From Glaucostegus cemiculus (Eukaryota), in contig CDPCPM010000043.1 in the NCBI GenBank assembly GCA_976551045.1, positions 1,240,001-1,304,000 of the forward strand: 64,000 bases of DNA. Reading direction: 5' to 3'. Each line of letters opens with the position of its first letter. Positions within the stretch are counted from its first letter, which is position 1. Below are positions 1 through 13,690 of this stretch, one piece after another. Position numbers and translations under genes: made by a program. Under the pieces are notes generated by a model, which did not search any database, was not told the origin of the DNA, and was given only the letters and a program-made list of their open reading frames with translations.

Positions 1-59
1 ATTATTACTGGTAAACAATTAGAGATGACAAATGATTGAATCTAAAAATAAACCTATCC

Positions 60-1540
60 CTCAATGCTCATTTCCTGAGTTTTAAGATGTGGCTCTAGAT
101 ATAGTAGATGCATTTGTCCAAATTTTAAAATTACTGACAAAAAGGATGGAGAGAGAAAACAAGGAACAATTGGCTAATTAGCCTGATGTCAATAATGCGG
201 GACTGTAGAATATAATACTAGGATAACAGGATTTGTAGAAAATCATAAGGTGATTGGGAAATGTCAATATAAATTTATGAATGGGACATTGTGTTTCACA
301 CATTTATTAGAGATTTTTGAAACTGTAATTAGTTAAGGGAGGAACTGGATGTAGTATTTAGATTTTTAAGAAGCATTTCATAATGTGCTTTTTTAAAGGG
401 TGATTAAATAAAATTCGGGCTCATGGGACAGATGACCCATATTGGTTGGAGTCATAAATGGAGAATAGGAATAAACAGGAGATTTATGGTTTGGAAGGTT
501 ATGACCACTGGAGAGTCATAAAGGTCAGTGCTTGAGTTTCATTGTGGGGCTGGGCATACCCACATGCTATACCCAAGTTTGCTATGTTACAAACCCAGTT
601 GAGAAATTGTGAGGAAGAGATGAGATTGTAAGTGGAAACAGACAAATTAACTGGGTGGACATAAATATAATGTGGTGAAATTTGAAGTTATTAACTTTGT
701 TAGGAAAAAACAGAATATTTTATTAAATAGTAGAAGAAAGCGCAGAGATAATTGTACATGCTTTCAATGGATCATGGAAAGTGAGTGCAGGGCTAGCAAT
801 TAGAAAATTACTTTAGCTGTTATTACATCAGGATTGGTGTGTAATGTTAAAGAAGTGAGGTGCTCATCTCTAGGCATTGGCATAACGTGCTTTTAAGAAT
901 ATTGGCTGCCGGATGTACTGACGTTACTGAAGATGGAAGTGTGAAGATGAGTACAACCACTAGTTGATATCGGTTCCACTAGACTAGCTCCAGGTGATCT
1001 TACACCAATTTTACAGGGTCTTGTTGAAGCTACAACTGGATATAGCTTTGCTCTCTCCAGATAAGGAATGAAAATTTATCTTAGAGGTCGAGCAACAAAA
1101 ATTCCCTATACCAATTCCCTGTTTTGGGAAGTTGGCTGTGGAGGAGTTTATTAGTATAAATTCCCTAGAGTTCAGAAAAGTGAGAGCTGATCTGAGTGAA
1201 ACATATCAAGCATGAAGATGCAGTGAAGATGTTACCTCCTGACAGGAGATGTTACGTCCTGACGGGGGTTATGGTCTCCAAATAAGGGCTTGCCCTTTTA
1301 GCACCAAGATGAGGAGAAATTTCTCCACTCATATAGTCATGAATCTTGGGAATTTTCTCCGCTAGCAGATTGTGGGTGCTCAGTTACTGAGTGCTGTTAA
1401 AAAGAAGTAGATTTCAGAATACAAAAGGAATTGGAGAATATAGGAATAGAGTGGTTAAATGCACAAGGTAGAAGATCAACCATAATATTATTGTGCAGTG
1501 GAGCAGGTACAAACAGCCTATACTTGCTCCCATTTCTTAA
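60..1540 (+). mobile_element. Degenerate CR1-type LINE (RT region and 3' end)
   Basis: Recognisable remnants (ggatgtagtatttagatttttaagaagcattt, matching the DVxYLDFxKAF region; ctagagttcagaaaagtgagagctgatct; gaatcttgggaattttct) and a CR1 tail ctcccatttctt; many stops and indels. Confidence 0.8.
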
Positions 1541-3461
1541 ACATATTTATGTTCTTTTGTACTGAAGCCCTCCCTGTACAATTTTAAGATTGGCATTAAC
1601 AGCTTAATAACTATATAAATCAAATACAAGAGGAACTACAGAGAAACAAATACACACCCTGATGTACAAGTGTGTTATTGTGCATTTTACAGATATCCAG
1701 TTGATTATTATTGGGTACCAGAATCATATTTATGTCACTGAATTTAATATAAATCTCCATCAATTTTAGCCCATTCTAGTATTTCTTCCACTCAAATTTA
1801 CAATTATGCAAACGTGATATGTTACATTGTGTATCATCATAACGATTTTCAGCTCTTGATTATGGATAGCATTCAAAGGGTTTTTTTAGTGCCAATGCTT
1901 TCACCCATTTAGCCTCGTTTCTAACATGTCAACAGAAAGGAATCTTGGTTGCCAGCACAGAAGCAAAGGTTAACAAAGGTTAGAAGATTAAGAAGTCAGT
2001 GTATTGTTGAAGAACTTCCTCCTCCACAATCTGCACAATGTTACATACACCGACTACCCAGCTTTTACACAAGGGAATCATTCTCTTGCAGAACACAGTA
2101 GCACACTCATCTGTGGGAAGGTTCCATAAATGGCACATGTGATGCAAAGGAAATTACAGGAAATTAGCAACTACAATGATTTAAAAAAAGCATCCATTAA
2201 TTATTTTTGCAGATTGCATCAAAACAATATGCATCATCGCATCTTCCTTTGACGTAATTGGTAAGAATATCTGAAGTAGTAAAATTCAGTAAAACAGCTG
2301 ATGCTAAACAGATTTTTCAGGGTAGAGCACATCATAGGCATGAATGAAAGTAGTTTTCCAGTATGAAAGATTCTGAGAAATGTTCTTCTACTCAGACATG
2401 TGAGATTGTTTGAGTAAGCTTAAGTCATACAAAGTCACACACAAAAAAAAATCATTCATGCTTTTCACAGATCATTTAAGCTTCTGCATCATCAATATTG
2501 GTAGAGGGAAGTGGCCAGCAGCAATATTTCTGTTAATGAACTCTGTGCATGGTTCATTCCAAGAAATGCACCCAGACTTTTAATCTTTGTCCTCATTGAC
2601 ATCTTTTTCCTGTATACTGAGGCAGCCTGGCCCCTCCCCACCTGCTTCAAAGTAGCCCAGGACTGGAATGCGGGATGTTAATGTTTCCAATGTAAAATGT
2701 ACCTGCTGTCTTTTTCCGGCAAGAAACAGTTAGTTTGTTTGTTTATATGATTAATACTAACGTATATGAAGCAGCGCAGAATTATATATAATTATTGACT
2801 GAATCTTACAGCTGAGTCTGTGTCCAAGCAAGGTGCAGAAATTAAATACAATATGTAAGGAAACAATACATACGAAGGATTGCTGCATTGAGAATGTTGC
2901 TGACATTGAGTGAGATCTAAAGCTGGATTAGGTAGGTTTTCAGGATGCTAAAGCAGGACTTGGAGAAGGACAAGGAATTCTTCCGGTCAATATTTCTCCT
3001 TCTACCAAACTACTGAAAATGGGGGTATTAACATAATCATTCCATGGAAATTAAATAGTTAACATATCTGAGCAGAAGATCATGAAATGGTTCAAAATTT
3101 TTCTGTAAATGATAGTACAAGAACAAAATGTTTCCTTTAACTCAGCTGAAATGTAACTATCATAAATATTTGTTCACTTTATATTGTAACTAATTCACAC
3201 CCAAAAAGTCATTTGGAGGAAATATAACTTGACTAGATTTCTCGCAACACACTGAGTAGCTAACTAGGTGATTGCTTGGAACAATTCTTTAAAATTTTTT
3301 GTCTTCAATTAAATTTGTTCTTCCACCAGTGTAGTATTCTGATTTTCCTATTAGTTTATTCCTTTTCTTCAAGCAGTAAGACTGCCTGTGAATAAACAAA
3401 CAAACCAGACCTCACTATCCCCATTTAGAAGCCATATATCTTTGTTCTTCTGACAGCTGAA

Positions 3462-4025
3462 TATCAGCTGTGGCTTAACAGGTAATGGACTCACCCCTTA
3501 CATCAGAAAGTTACAGATACATCTGAATGCAAGGTCATAAGCACATGCTGACATTTTTGTTCAGTACTGAAAAAGTACTGAGCAATTAGAGGTGCCATTT
3601 GTCAGATGAGATGATAAATAAACCCCCATCTGTTCTCTCAGGTGGACATAAATTATCCAATGGCATTCTTTTGAGGAGTGATTCCTGTTGCTAGGCCAAC
3701 GCCCATGTGACTAAAACAGATTACACAGTCACTATCACACTGGGGTTTGTGGGTCTTTGTTGTTACCATATTCACTACTTTACCTACAAAACTGATTATC
3801 ATATTTACTACCCTACATACTTCAAAGCACACAAAGTACTTTGGGATATACAAAGGTCATAAGCAATGCCATATAACACATTGCTGGTTGAGGGAGCTCG
3901 CTGTGTGTAAATTGGCAGCTGCATTCCCTACATCATCGCAGCAACTGAACCTCGCCTGCTCTAAGACACTGTGGAATGTTCTGACTTTGTGGAAGTCAGA
4001 ATATAATGCAAACTTGTCTGTCTTC
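3462..4025 (+). mobile_element. DeuSINE (SacSINE1/AmnSINE-type) with two tandem 3' tails
   Basis: Deu-domain-like gaggtgccatttgtcagatgagatg...ctctcaggtggacataaattatccaatggca, plus tgtgtgtaaattggcagctgcattccctaca. Confidence 0.7.
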
Positions 4026-7000
4026 CTTTTAGTCAGGCTCAGCCCTCTTGATACACCAGTTAGCCTAATTAGCCACTCTTTGTTCACTCACATTCAGCAC
4101 AGGTATGGGTATTAGCACCTGGTTGTGCACATGCCCCACATTCAGATCCAGTGAAGTCAATGGAACTGAATGTGTGGAATCCAAAATGCCAGCTGACATG
4201 TGTACACATGTACAGTTCTAACAGCAAGAGACCCACTTCTCCCCTATAATCCCCTCTCAAATCTTGTTAGAGTCCTTCATGGAAACCATGACAGCATGTT
4301 CTGTTTGGTTCATAAAATATTAATTTATTCACCCTGGTGATGGACTCCAATCCATACACCATCCACTCACCCTTTCTACGCCTGCTGTGAGCAGGTCTAG
4401 TTTATACTCTACTGTGCAGCTCAAAAGAGAAAGCTCTTTTAAAAACAATCATTAACACCAAACATATATTCCGTGCCTGCTGCACATTTCCTCTGCAGCC
4501 CTACTATGTTTTAGTTGAAACAGACCCAGAATAAATCTTTCCAGCTGAGCACACGTTCTACTTACACGGCCCTTACACCGTCTAGCAGAAGATCTCCCAC
4601 ATTGATAACAAATGAATACAGTTGCACATTGTATCATGCAAAGCTTTAGAGAAGGAGATCTTAGCAAGCAGATATGTGAAGAAGTCTTAACAGTTGTTAC
4701 CAGGTTAGAATTTCTTTCTCTGAGAATCAGACCTGATCTATTTCATGGAAATTAATTAATTGCACAGTGATTTCTGTGAACAGGAACCTTATGAAAAGAA
4801 TTGATCGTGTGGCAGTGCCTTGATATGAAGTTCTGATCACTTTGACCACTGAAACATATATTACTGATAACACTCAACTTAAGTATGATGATAATGTAGC
4901 CAGTTTCAGACAACATTCATTCAACACATAACAACACATAACATTCCCGTGCAGAAATATTCATAACAAGACTCAGTTCCAGAGTGCAATTAAATCATCA
5001 TATTCCATTTTCCAGTGCAAAAGATAGCCATTGTTTTTAATCACCAGATAGTCCATTCCATTAACATCTTAACTGGTCTCTTGTCCAAAGTCTATTAGAA
5101 CAGACTAGATGTTGTCATCAGGAAAAAATGGGTGAGGGTAATTTTTGACACATCTAATGAAATAAAGTGATAGCCAAGCTGGGGTCTTAAGCTGCAAATG
5201 TGGTTTAACAAAAGGTGCCAACCAGGTAAAGAAAATGAAGCCTGCACCAGGACTGGCTAAGTAGAAGCTTGATAAATGATTGGTTGTGCTCATTAAAGAA
5301 GCTGTTGGGATTTGGCAGTAGTGTTTCCACTACTGCCCTCTGCTTATTGTGGTCTGCTGTTGGGAATAGCCCCATTGTGGCGTCAACTTCAAGTGGTGCC
5401 AAAAGTGCTACTCACTAATTAAAATGTACTCCCCATTTCATGTCATTGTCGCTGGAGTTGTGAAGACGATTTCTACAAAGTATCGAGGACTTCCTGACAC
5501 AGTTTGTCAAGATCCCACTACAAACTAGGAGACTGACTGAGGAACGAGCAATAGAGAACAGAAGTAACAGACAGACTCTCCACTTGGCAGGATATAGCTG
5601 AAAGAATCTGTGTTGGGCTGCAATTATTCACCCTATTTGGAGATGTCACATTTAAATTCTTATAGGCAGGAAACCATGTATCAAAGTGTAAGGATAAAAC
5701 AATAGCATTTAGTGGGAGAGATATTAATGGGTTAAGTGAAAGATTATTAAAATTATCCTTTTACCATAGGTTATAAAAATATTTGTTATGAATTGCAGTT
5801 TATAAATTCCTGCCTGTCGAATATCAATGACACTGTGTAGTCCATTGCTGTGAAGCAGTTTTCTCTGTATTCCCAGTGCTGGTTTAGAAAATAAGGAATT
5901 GAATGACCCTCTCCAATGCACTTTACTCTGGGCACAAAAGATCCACTTTTGAGGAGGCTCCTGATTATATTGCCATGTGTGCTACCTTGGGATTCCCTTT
6001 ATTAAGTTGGAATAACTTGGAAATTACTTGAAATAACTTTTCAGGTCCATTACTTAGGGCAAGGCAACAGTGTGTCAATACCCAACACCGGGTCTTGGTG
6101 CATATTACAGGGTGTTAAACTATATATTGGCATTCACATGGATTGCCTGGCTTGGCCTTTTACATCACCATGATTGCCAGGTGTATTATTACAGTATAAG
6201 ATCTGGAAGTGATCTAATTAAGTAGATTTATTGATACTGCAGCAGTCATTATCAATTAACACTTCAACTCTTAATTTATACCTGCTCTGATTCTTGAATG
6301 TTGTGCCAGATAATTATGTATAATTTGCCTACTGTATTTTGTTCTGACAGGAGAAAGGATACCTTTTTTAATATGATTTCCACCATAATTCTCTAATCTC
6401 TGAGTTTAACAACTCATGGTAAATTTGACAAACTGGGGTAAGCTGCCTGACAAGTGAAGTAATAACTTATGGGCTTTGCACTGGATTACGTCTCCTGTTT
6501 AGAACCTTGTGAGAGCAGCAATATATATTATTGTATTAAGGCTCAATGTAAGCATGATAAATTATATTTGGTTCACTTCTGTGAAGTTAAACCCAGCTCA
6601 GTGCCTGATGAGATTTCAGCTTCTAATAACATTTAGATTGCACTGTCTTTGGAGTGAACCTACCTGAAATCTGAGGCTCAACTTCTATGGTCACATTCCT
6701 TCAGAATGCACGGTTGGTTGACTTGTGTGTTACCAACATCTCTTTAAATTGAATCTCTACAGAATTTACTCTGATACAATTCTAATAGAAGTAAATAGGA
6801 GCAAGGTGTTCCTAGTGAATCAATTCATTTCTGAGACCTACACCTGCACACTATGATGTGGAAATCAGAAATGCACTGGAGATGAAATGTCAGTGTATCT
6901 GACTCCCAAACCCTGCCACACTCAGTACCACGCTGAAAACCAGGTGCTGCTTCTTTTTATGTAGTCCCTTGGAGTTTAGGATGACTTGCTTCCTCTCCAG

Positions 7001-7804
7001 TTCTATGGGTTCTGGGATGCCTGATGAGGCCGATATGAGACCATGGTTCAAATGCTGTGCTATGGTTGGAGGCACTTTGCATCTGGTCCCTCAGCCCTGG
7101 TATATGTGTCTCAAATCAAATGATTTGATCAGATTGAAACCATTAAATGCTGGTAGACATGTTTTGTTAAATTTTCTTAATTCTAACCAATTTTATTAAA
7201 TTATTTAAATTTGCTATCAAGCAAATTTATTCTTTCATTTTAATATTTCTTACATCGTTTTGAACTGTTTTATGTGCCTTTGATCATTAGAGATATTTAA
7301 TGGCTGATCCAAGGCCACTGTCATCTAATGGCTGTCAGGATAGTCCAGAGCCAGGGCCTCAGCATTTACCCTCCAGAGACCTAGTCTCTGATTGTGGAAT
7401 AGCCTGTGTATTGGTCCAGCTGTGGCAGCAAGGCCTGGAATTTGAGTGGATCATGGGGACAATAAATTAAAAAATGCTGAGGGAATAGCATGGGGTATGA
7501 GTGCGAGGAGCAAGCTGGATCAAACTCAATCCAGAAAACTGGCAAAAAGAAGGGTGCAGGTGGCAGGAGGCTAAGAAAACACAACCCCAAAGGGGTAGCC
7601 TGAGTGGGTTCATGAACTATTAAGGTGAGGCCCAAGTTACAAGGAGGCCTAAAAGTAAGTGAGGAGACGTGGAGACTTGAAGGCCCAAGGTGGAAAGCAG
7701 CTAACTTGGGTTTGAAGGAAATGGAAATGGGAATGTTGAAGGAGTAAAGATGGAAAAGAGAAGTTTAAAGCTTAAACTGATACAAGGAACAGCTGGTGAG
7801 GCTT

Positions 7805-8088
7805 GTTAAGATGTTAAGATGTCTTTATTTGTCAAATGTACATCAAAACACACCGTGAAATGCATCTTTTGCATAGAGTGTTCTGGGGGCAGCCACGCTT
7901 CCGGCGCCGACATAGCATGCCTAACCCGTATGTCTTTTGAAATGCAGGAGGAAACCGGAGCACCCGGAGGAAACCCACACAGATGTGAGGAGAATGTACA
8001 AACTCCTTGCAGACAGTGGCTGGAATTGAACCCGGGTTGCTGGTGCTGTAATAGTGTTATGCTAACCGCTGTGCTACTGTGCCTGCCC
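7805..8088 (-). mobile_element. tRNA-derived V-SINE (HE1-like head)
   Basis: Minus strand shows A/B boxes (tagcacagcggttagc; gggttcaattcc), the V domain (gtgggtttcctccgggtgctccggtttcctcc) and an (acatctta)n tail. Confidence 0.85.
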
Positions 8089-10529
8089 TCACCTTACCTT
8101 ACAGCTTGGAATTAAAATGTAGACATTACTGAAAAGAATAAGATGTGATTGTAATTATATTTCCTTATAGACACATAAATAAAATTAACCAACAACATTA
8201 ATCCTAAGAAATAGGTAACAGGCCAGAGGGCCTGTATTTATAGAATATAAATCTAGATAGAAATTTATTACTAAGAAAATGGAAACTGATTAGATTAGTG
8301 TGTCAGGCAGAGAAACAGTAAGAGTGACGTTGGAGGTGTGCAGAGAGAAGGCAGATGCTCAACAAGAAGAGCAACAGTACCAGGGAAATGGGTAGAAAGG
8401 ATCCAAATAGCCATTTCTCAACATTGACCTTTTGATATTAAATCTATTATTTGAGAATATTCTATCCGGGACTTGGTAGGATCATTGTCATTTTACATGC
8501 AATTTGACAACTAATTTACCATTGTCACTGGTTAATGTGGCGGCAACCCACGTGAAAATGAAAAGAACCTACTGATCCATCATCTCTCCCAGAAGCAGTC
8601 AGTTGCTTTTGATTCCAGGAAGAACTCTGAATAGAAACCAATCACAGTTGGGAACCGTAGAGGCCACATGAAATCGAGCTGGAAACATTGCCAGGCTTCC
8701 TACCAATGTTTAGAGGCTCTCAAAGAAGAAAGGCTCATGTTCTTGTCTCATGTCCAAGTTCCATGCTTTGTCATACAATCTGTTCAATTCTAGCAGGTAA
8801 CAACTGGCAGGAAAGACTGTTTGCAAACATAACAATATTTCTTTCTGCGCCAGAAGGCTTTATTCATTCTCCTGTCGGCATTCATTGGGAACATAGAAAC
8901 TTTTTGCGAGAGGGATCTGACTGTACGTAGCAGGAATCTGTGGCAGTCTGGGCATGAGAACCAATCAGCCAATTGTCATTGTGATGTTGTAACTAAAGTA
9001 GCTGACTGGAAGTTACATGCGTAATTTGACAGCATGGTATCACTCAGTCTCACCACTTCCTGAAGATAGCAGAAATTCAATGTATGCCTCAGGAAAGTGC
9101 CCCAGTACCACCCACTGCTAGTCAATGGAACAATTCAGCATTGATTTTCACTCCATTATGCTTATAAAAAAGAGGCATGTTGCTTCTAACATAAATTTAG
9201 TGCCAAAAGCTTTGTCAGGATGTGCCTGGCTTTCAACAAGTGCAACAGTGTAATTATCCTTTCCATATTCTTGTGATGGTCCTCAGAAAGAAATCTTCAC
9301 ACAAGTTAATACCAAAAACATTTTGCACATCTTCTCATAATGCCACCTCTCCAACCTTGTCCTGGGAAACATGGGTTGCTTTGTGTAATCTGTGAGAGTA
9401 GAACTGCTGGCTGTTTCACACTCCTGTAACAAAACAAACCTTATCCAAACACTAGGCAGCAGAGCAGTGGCCTGCTTACCAGCTGTGAAGAAAGACCAAA
9501 TAGACTTTCAACGATCCTTTCCCTTGACAGTTTGCTCATAACATTGACAAATCTTTGAACCACTGAGCTGAACTTTATCAAAGCCCAATATTGTCTGGCA
9601 CATGTGGAGAGGGAGTCAAGTTGTAATTTGTTTTAAAACCATAATTATATGGTTTTCAACACATAATATCATTTGCTGCAGTTTTTCCACCTTGTAAATG
9701 TTAGAGTGTGTTTCAAAATGGAAATGTATAAGGCTTTTCTCATTAAAAACCATTGAAAGATTATCAGTCCGATTTTAATCCCACCCAACAAACAAAAATT
9801 GGCAGGCAGCTTAATTGGCACATGTAATATAGACATACTTTTCTCACTGCCTTCCTCAGGTTACAACCTTGGCTTGTTTTTCTGAGGTGTGGTAATAGAT
9901 TACCATCGAAAGGCAGCAGAGTCATTCTTTAAATATATTGATTGTGTTCCAATAAACCCATCCAAGTTGGACCAGAGACTTGCTCAGGGAAGCAGTTGTG
10001 GCCCTCAGCAGGAAGAAACAGACCCTGAAGGGGGCTAAAAGATGCATTCTTTTTAATTTCATTTTAGATCCCATCTTACTATTTATTAAGAAGCTCAGGT
10101 GAAGTTTACATAACTTGAGTCAGGAAGTAAAAGAGGTAAATGAAGTGGTGGTGGTAAAACACAATGGTATTGAATAGTTTGTTGCTCCAGGTTCTGGCAT
10201 CTGCAGTCCCTTGTGTCTCTGTCAGTATTGAGCAGTGGTCCCACTGTAATGAAAGCAGCAGAGGCTGTTGCAGTTCAAATTTTGACAAGAATGACGTACT
10301 TTCAGTACCAGTTTTCTGTGAGCTGTGCTGATCTGTGCCACTTAACCAGTGGGTTCCAGTAGGGAGGACCCTTCCCAGATATTCAACTCTCTCAGTGGAT
10401 GACGTTCTGAAAGAAATCTCATCCCAAGGAAAGCAGTGCTTCAAGGTGAGCAACTACCATGCCAGGGAGAGAATTAATACAGACAAATGTATGAATCTGC
10501 TGACAAATGAGTCAGAAGATTTGCTCTTG

Positions 10530-10840
10530 TGAACTCAGATTTATTTATGTTCTTAGGCAACATTGGCAGGTCGACACTTACTGCTGACCTGAGGGGGTCA
10601 GGGTTCAATGTGGAGTCACTTTTGACTAGACCAGACACAGGTGAAACACTCCTTTCCCTGAAGGACATTGATGAAAAAGTGGGGATTTGTAACAATTCAA
10701 CAGCTTTCAGGGTTATTTTTTTCCTGATATTAACTCACAAATTAATGAAGTACATATTTGTCTGGAAGCATTTTTGTTTAAATTATTCACCTGACTGGCA
10801 TGACAGGGAGCTCTCTGGATCTGATCCAAGTCTCTGGCAG
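10530..10840 (-). mobile_element. Old SINE, same family as 47020-47250/49275-49410
   Basis: Shares ggagtca...agaccag...cctttccctgaaggacattgatgaa with 47140-47210. Confidence 0.55.
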
Positions 10841-13479
10841 CTCAGGGAAATTAAAAGTGACTTTGGACCAAACTCCGAGCCATTGCATCCTTTTCCATAA
10901 CTATTAGAAATTATGATCACCTCATCGCCAATTCCGAGATGTTCCCCACTGACACTGCTCCATTTCCCAGAACCAAATCAAGCAATGGCTTCTTCTTTGT
11001 TGGAACATAACGTACTGATCATGAACGTTCTCAAGAGAACACTTCAGAAACTCCGACACTTCTTTGTTCTTTGTATTCTTACTCTGCTGGTACATATTTG
11101 GATACTTGAATTCAGTCATTATCAGTACTGCATGGCAAATATAGAAATGCTCTTGTCTGGCATGGTTCCATTTTCTAAAATTTCATCCCTCTGCTGTTTC
11201 ATTTCCCTCTCCTTTATTGTTTGACTACTTGATCAACTATTTGATTGCCTCCTCCTTTTACCAGCTTGAGACCTGTTGCGGTCTGATTCCCTCTCTGTGA
11301 AATACTTTGCACAGATTTTTCAATGTTAACTGCAAGCTGTTGCTGTCGCAAAATATAGTAGAAATTACAAGTCTTGATTACAATTAATTGAATAAGTGTA
11401 TAAGTGTGATTATAATGAAATTCTGCAGATTTGGAATTTGCTAAGTGCTTCTTACATTGCCGCATTTGTGATCCTGTGCAGAAGCAGAACTGTTTGAGTT
11501 GGGGAGTTTTCTGCGTCTCACAAATCTCGCACTTATCAGTGAAGCTGACAGTACTCTCCCAGACCCTCTACACTGCCGACACTATGCCATCTATGCCATT
11601 TTACCAATGTTGTGTTTAACCTGGAGATTGAACAGACTTGAAAGTCAAAGACATACGCATGATTATCACTGACAATGGTTTAGGAGAAAAGCTATTTTTT
11701 AAAATAGTGATTTACTTGGGAACATCTAGGGGTGAGGAAATCTCAGCAAATCCAAAAAGCATTATCTTGCCAAGTGTGGCAGAGACGATACTGAATGCAG
11801 CGATGATGTTTTACCAGCTCTTAAACCAGTTTTATATCACAACCATTATCTTATCACTGATGGAGAACACTTGGAAGAATTGTGAGTCTAACTTTGGTCT
11901 GCTATTATGACTATGCAGTGATTTAAAAGCGTTTTTGTATTTAAGTTTAGAATTTGATAAGATGGGTATTTTATGGAATTATCTTCTCCCTGTAGAAGGC
12001 TTTGGCTCTTGACCACCTGATGGCATGAGGAATTCAATGTTTTCTTCAGTGAAATCCTACATTAATCATATTATGAAATCTCTTAGGTTAATGAAATTGC
12101 TATTATGACTTAAAAGAGCAAGCAGAAAGATTTTGTTAATGTGCGATCAGTTTAACAGTACAAAATGTGATATGATTTTGTCAATTAATATTTACCATAA
12201 CTATTGTATATTATGAGACATTAAAGCAGTAAGATATACAGATTTCACCTATATGTGTTTGTTTATTTGTTTTGCAATTAATAATTTTAGCAGAGGTAAA
12301 AGTTGTCCTTGTCACAAACTAAGCACATAACGTAGTAGTGATTGTTATATTCATTTCAAAATATGGACCAACTGAAGTTCCATTGGAAATGGATGTTAGA
12401 TTGGAGTAAAGTGCACACCTATTCCTTTATCATGCATTAAATGAATGCTACCAGGGGTGATTCAGCTGCCACCAAACTCTACACCTCGCTTGGTAATCAG
12501 CTCCTTTGAAATCAATGGAACTGAAGATCAACAGGACATGAAAAATTCAGCAGGTGCAATGCAGTTTGTCTTGCAACCCTGCACAAACTGAACTTCATCA
12601 CTACAGCTTCAATGTTGAGCAGACTTAGAAAAATTCAGAAGAATGAATGCAGCCCAGTGCATTGATTGTTATGTCCTATTTTCTAAGTGACCCGAGCGCT
12701 CAACAGTCTGTAATAATGACTGGTTGATCAAAGGGAATCTTTCCACTGTGCTTATACTGTTGCTAGGACCTGGTGATGGAAGGAAAGTTCATTTTGCTGC
12801 TCTCGGTGCTCTGTTTGGAAACCCATGTGTTCATTTAGTTTTCACTACAGACTGAGTAGCTCACATCATTATGGTGCAGCCTCTGATAATCCTACTATTG
12901 CTGCTGTTTTACTGATGCGACCTTCAGGGCATTTATTGTGTATAGTGCTGTCATTCATAAAGTGGACAGAGGAGGAAGAACCATTGCTGCTGAGTGTGGG
13001 AATGTAATGTCAGCCTTGGACATTATAACATAACGGCAGCACCACTTAAATGAACAATGAGGGAAGGGATTTGAGAAAGTGGCAAAAGGTATGGATTAAG
13101 ATAGTAGTAAGTAAAGATTAAATTTTAAAGCCTGCTGCATTTCAAAATTGTAGGAGCTTTGTCTTTTCCTTTTTTTTTCAAGCCAAGAGCCTTCATTTTC
13201 CCATGAATGTATTAGAGGCACCTCAAGGACTACAATGTTGAACTTATTTTAGTTAGTTGCTGCTTTTCCTTAATTAATTGCAATTCTGAATTGATATTTC
13301 TTAATGAAATGGAGCTTTCATTAACAAGGAATTTGAAATATCATAACATTAAGGAAAACAATCTAAGAAATATTATATATTTGTTTATTATATTTCAATC
13401 TTTAATTACCTAATTTAAAGATACCCCAACATCTACACAGGGAGGCAGCAAAATGGCATGAGGGTGCCATGTAGAGAAA

Positions 13480-13690
13480 GGAGCAGATGGTTATCATTCT
13501 GGGTGACACCTGTGACAGATGGAGTATTCATTGTGTCTTCTCCTTTGCAGCTGCTCGGTGACAGCTGAATATTGACTTTAGCCAGTGACATGACCCTAAG
13601 AGAGAGCCACTGTTTACATACTGGCCTGATAGCTTCTGGCAGCATATTGCTGGACGAGAGATCAAATGCACATTTGTGCACCAAGATCTA
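13480..13690. promoter_or_regulatory. Candidate intronic enhancer of SEMA3C
   Basis: Seven E-boxes, two TGACAG, TGTTTAC, two GATA sites and CATTGT in about 200 bp with no recognisable repeat. Confidence 0.45.

Noticed and set aside
7021-7050. CTGATGA hammerhead-like start (also at ~6605 and ~19933)
   Set aside because: There is no stem II followed by GAAA, so these are chance matches.
4149-12520. Recurring cca/cct..gaagtcaatgg near-palindromes (~4149, ~9114, ~12503)
   Set aside because: They are probably remnants of an old MITE-like repeat and are too degenerate to define boundaries or function.
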